Assembly (NCBI GenBank): GCA_000934665.2
Contig: JYFJ02003342.1
Location: 1-43,163, forward strand
Length of the DNA stretch: 43,163 bases
DNA from: Catajapyx aquilonaris
Lineage: Eukaryota
Reading direction: 5' to 3'
In this document: positions 42,757 through 43,163 of the stretch, piece by piece
Position numbering within the stretch: the stretch's first letter is position 1
How the letters are laid out: each line of letters begins with the position of its first letter
Program-made: the position numbers and the translations under genes
Notes under the pieces: model-generated
Database searches by the model: none
Told to the model about the DNA's origin: nothing
The model's input: the letters and a program-made list of their open reading frames with translations, nothing else

Positions 42757-43032
42757 CAGGGTGTAAATCCTAAGAGTGTCACCAGAAAAGATGGTGGTAG
42801 AGGGCGCAGGTGTGAGCATTTTTGCATAAGGAACTAGGGGTCTACCTGCCAAGCCCCCCTCACCCATTCCGCCATGTGCCGCACGCCTCTTGCACACTGC
42901 CTGCCGCAAACTTGAAAGGGGCGTAACTCAGTGAGGGTGCGTTTCCGACCCCTAGTTCCTTATGCAAAAATGCTCACACCTGCGCCCTCTACCACCATCT
43001 TTTCTGGTGACATGCTTAGGATTTACACCCTG
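42757..43032. mobile_element. MITE with CAGGGTG termini, TIRs of about 86 bp and TA TSD
   Basis: The arms differ at only two adjacent positions, which suggests a young insertion. Confidence 0.92.
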
Positions 43033-43163
43033 TATACAAGTAATTCCAATCTCCATTATATTCCTATCTAATACATATTTCAAGACGTATGTCTTTCCGG
43101 TTATTCGCTATGCAAATCCATACGGACGCCCCGACATATGCCCCAGGAGTATCACTAGGGGTA

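Overview
Eukaryotic, intron-containing animal DNA that looks arthropod-like (insect-type FBXL16 N-terminus, TTAGG repeats, many introns of about 56-100 bp). There are two spliced genes on the + strand. The first is a complete 4-exon Tret1/GLUT8-like sugar-porter MFS transporter (4953-10872, about 487 aa). The second is FBXL16 (six coding exons, 14263-30981); its last exon(s) were not found and probably lie beyond the window. The rest is rich in transposable elements. These include a young 5'-truncated non-LTR retrotransposon with a 15-bp TSD inserted in a decayed mariner-type transposase, at least eight MITE/foldback families, a Helentron-type HINE, a Helitron 3' end, a TG-flanked TTAGG-containing nested element, a tRNA-like sequence and microsatellites. 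No prokaryotic-type system such as CRISPR is present. The best leads are a 132-codon ORF in frame with FBXL16 and separated from it by a single TGA, the telomere-repeat-bearing nested element, a decayed unidentified ORF, and over-represented transposon-footprint-like words. Everything was read by eye; no searches were run.
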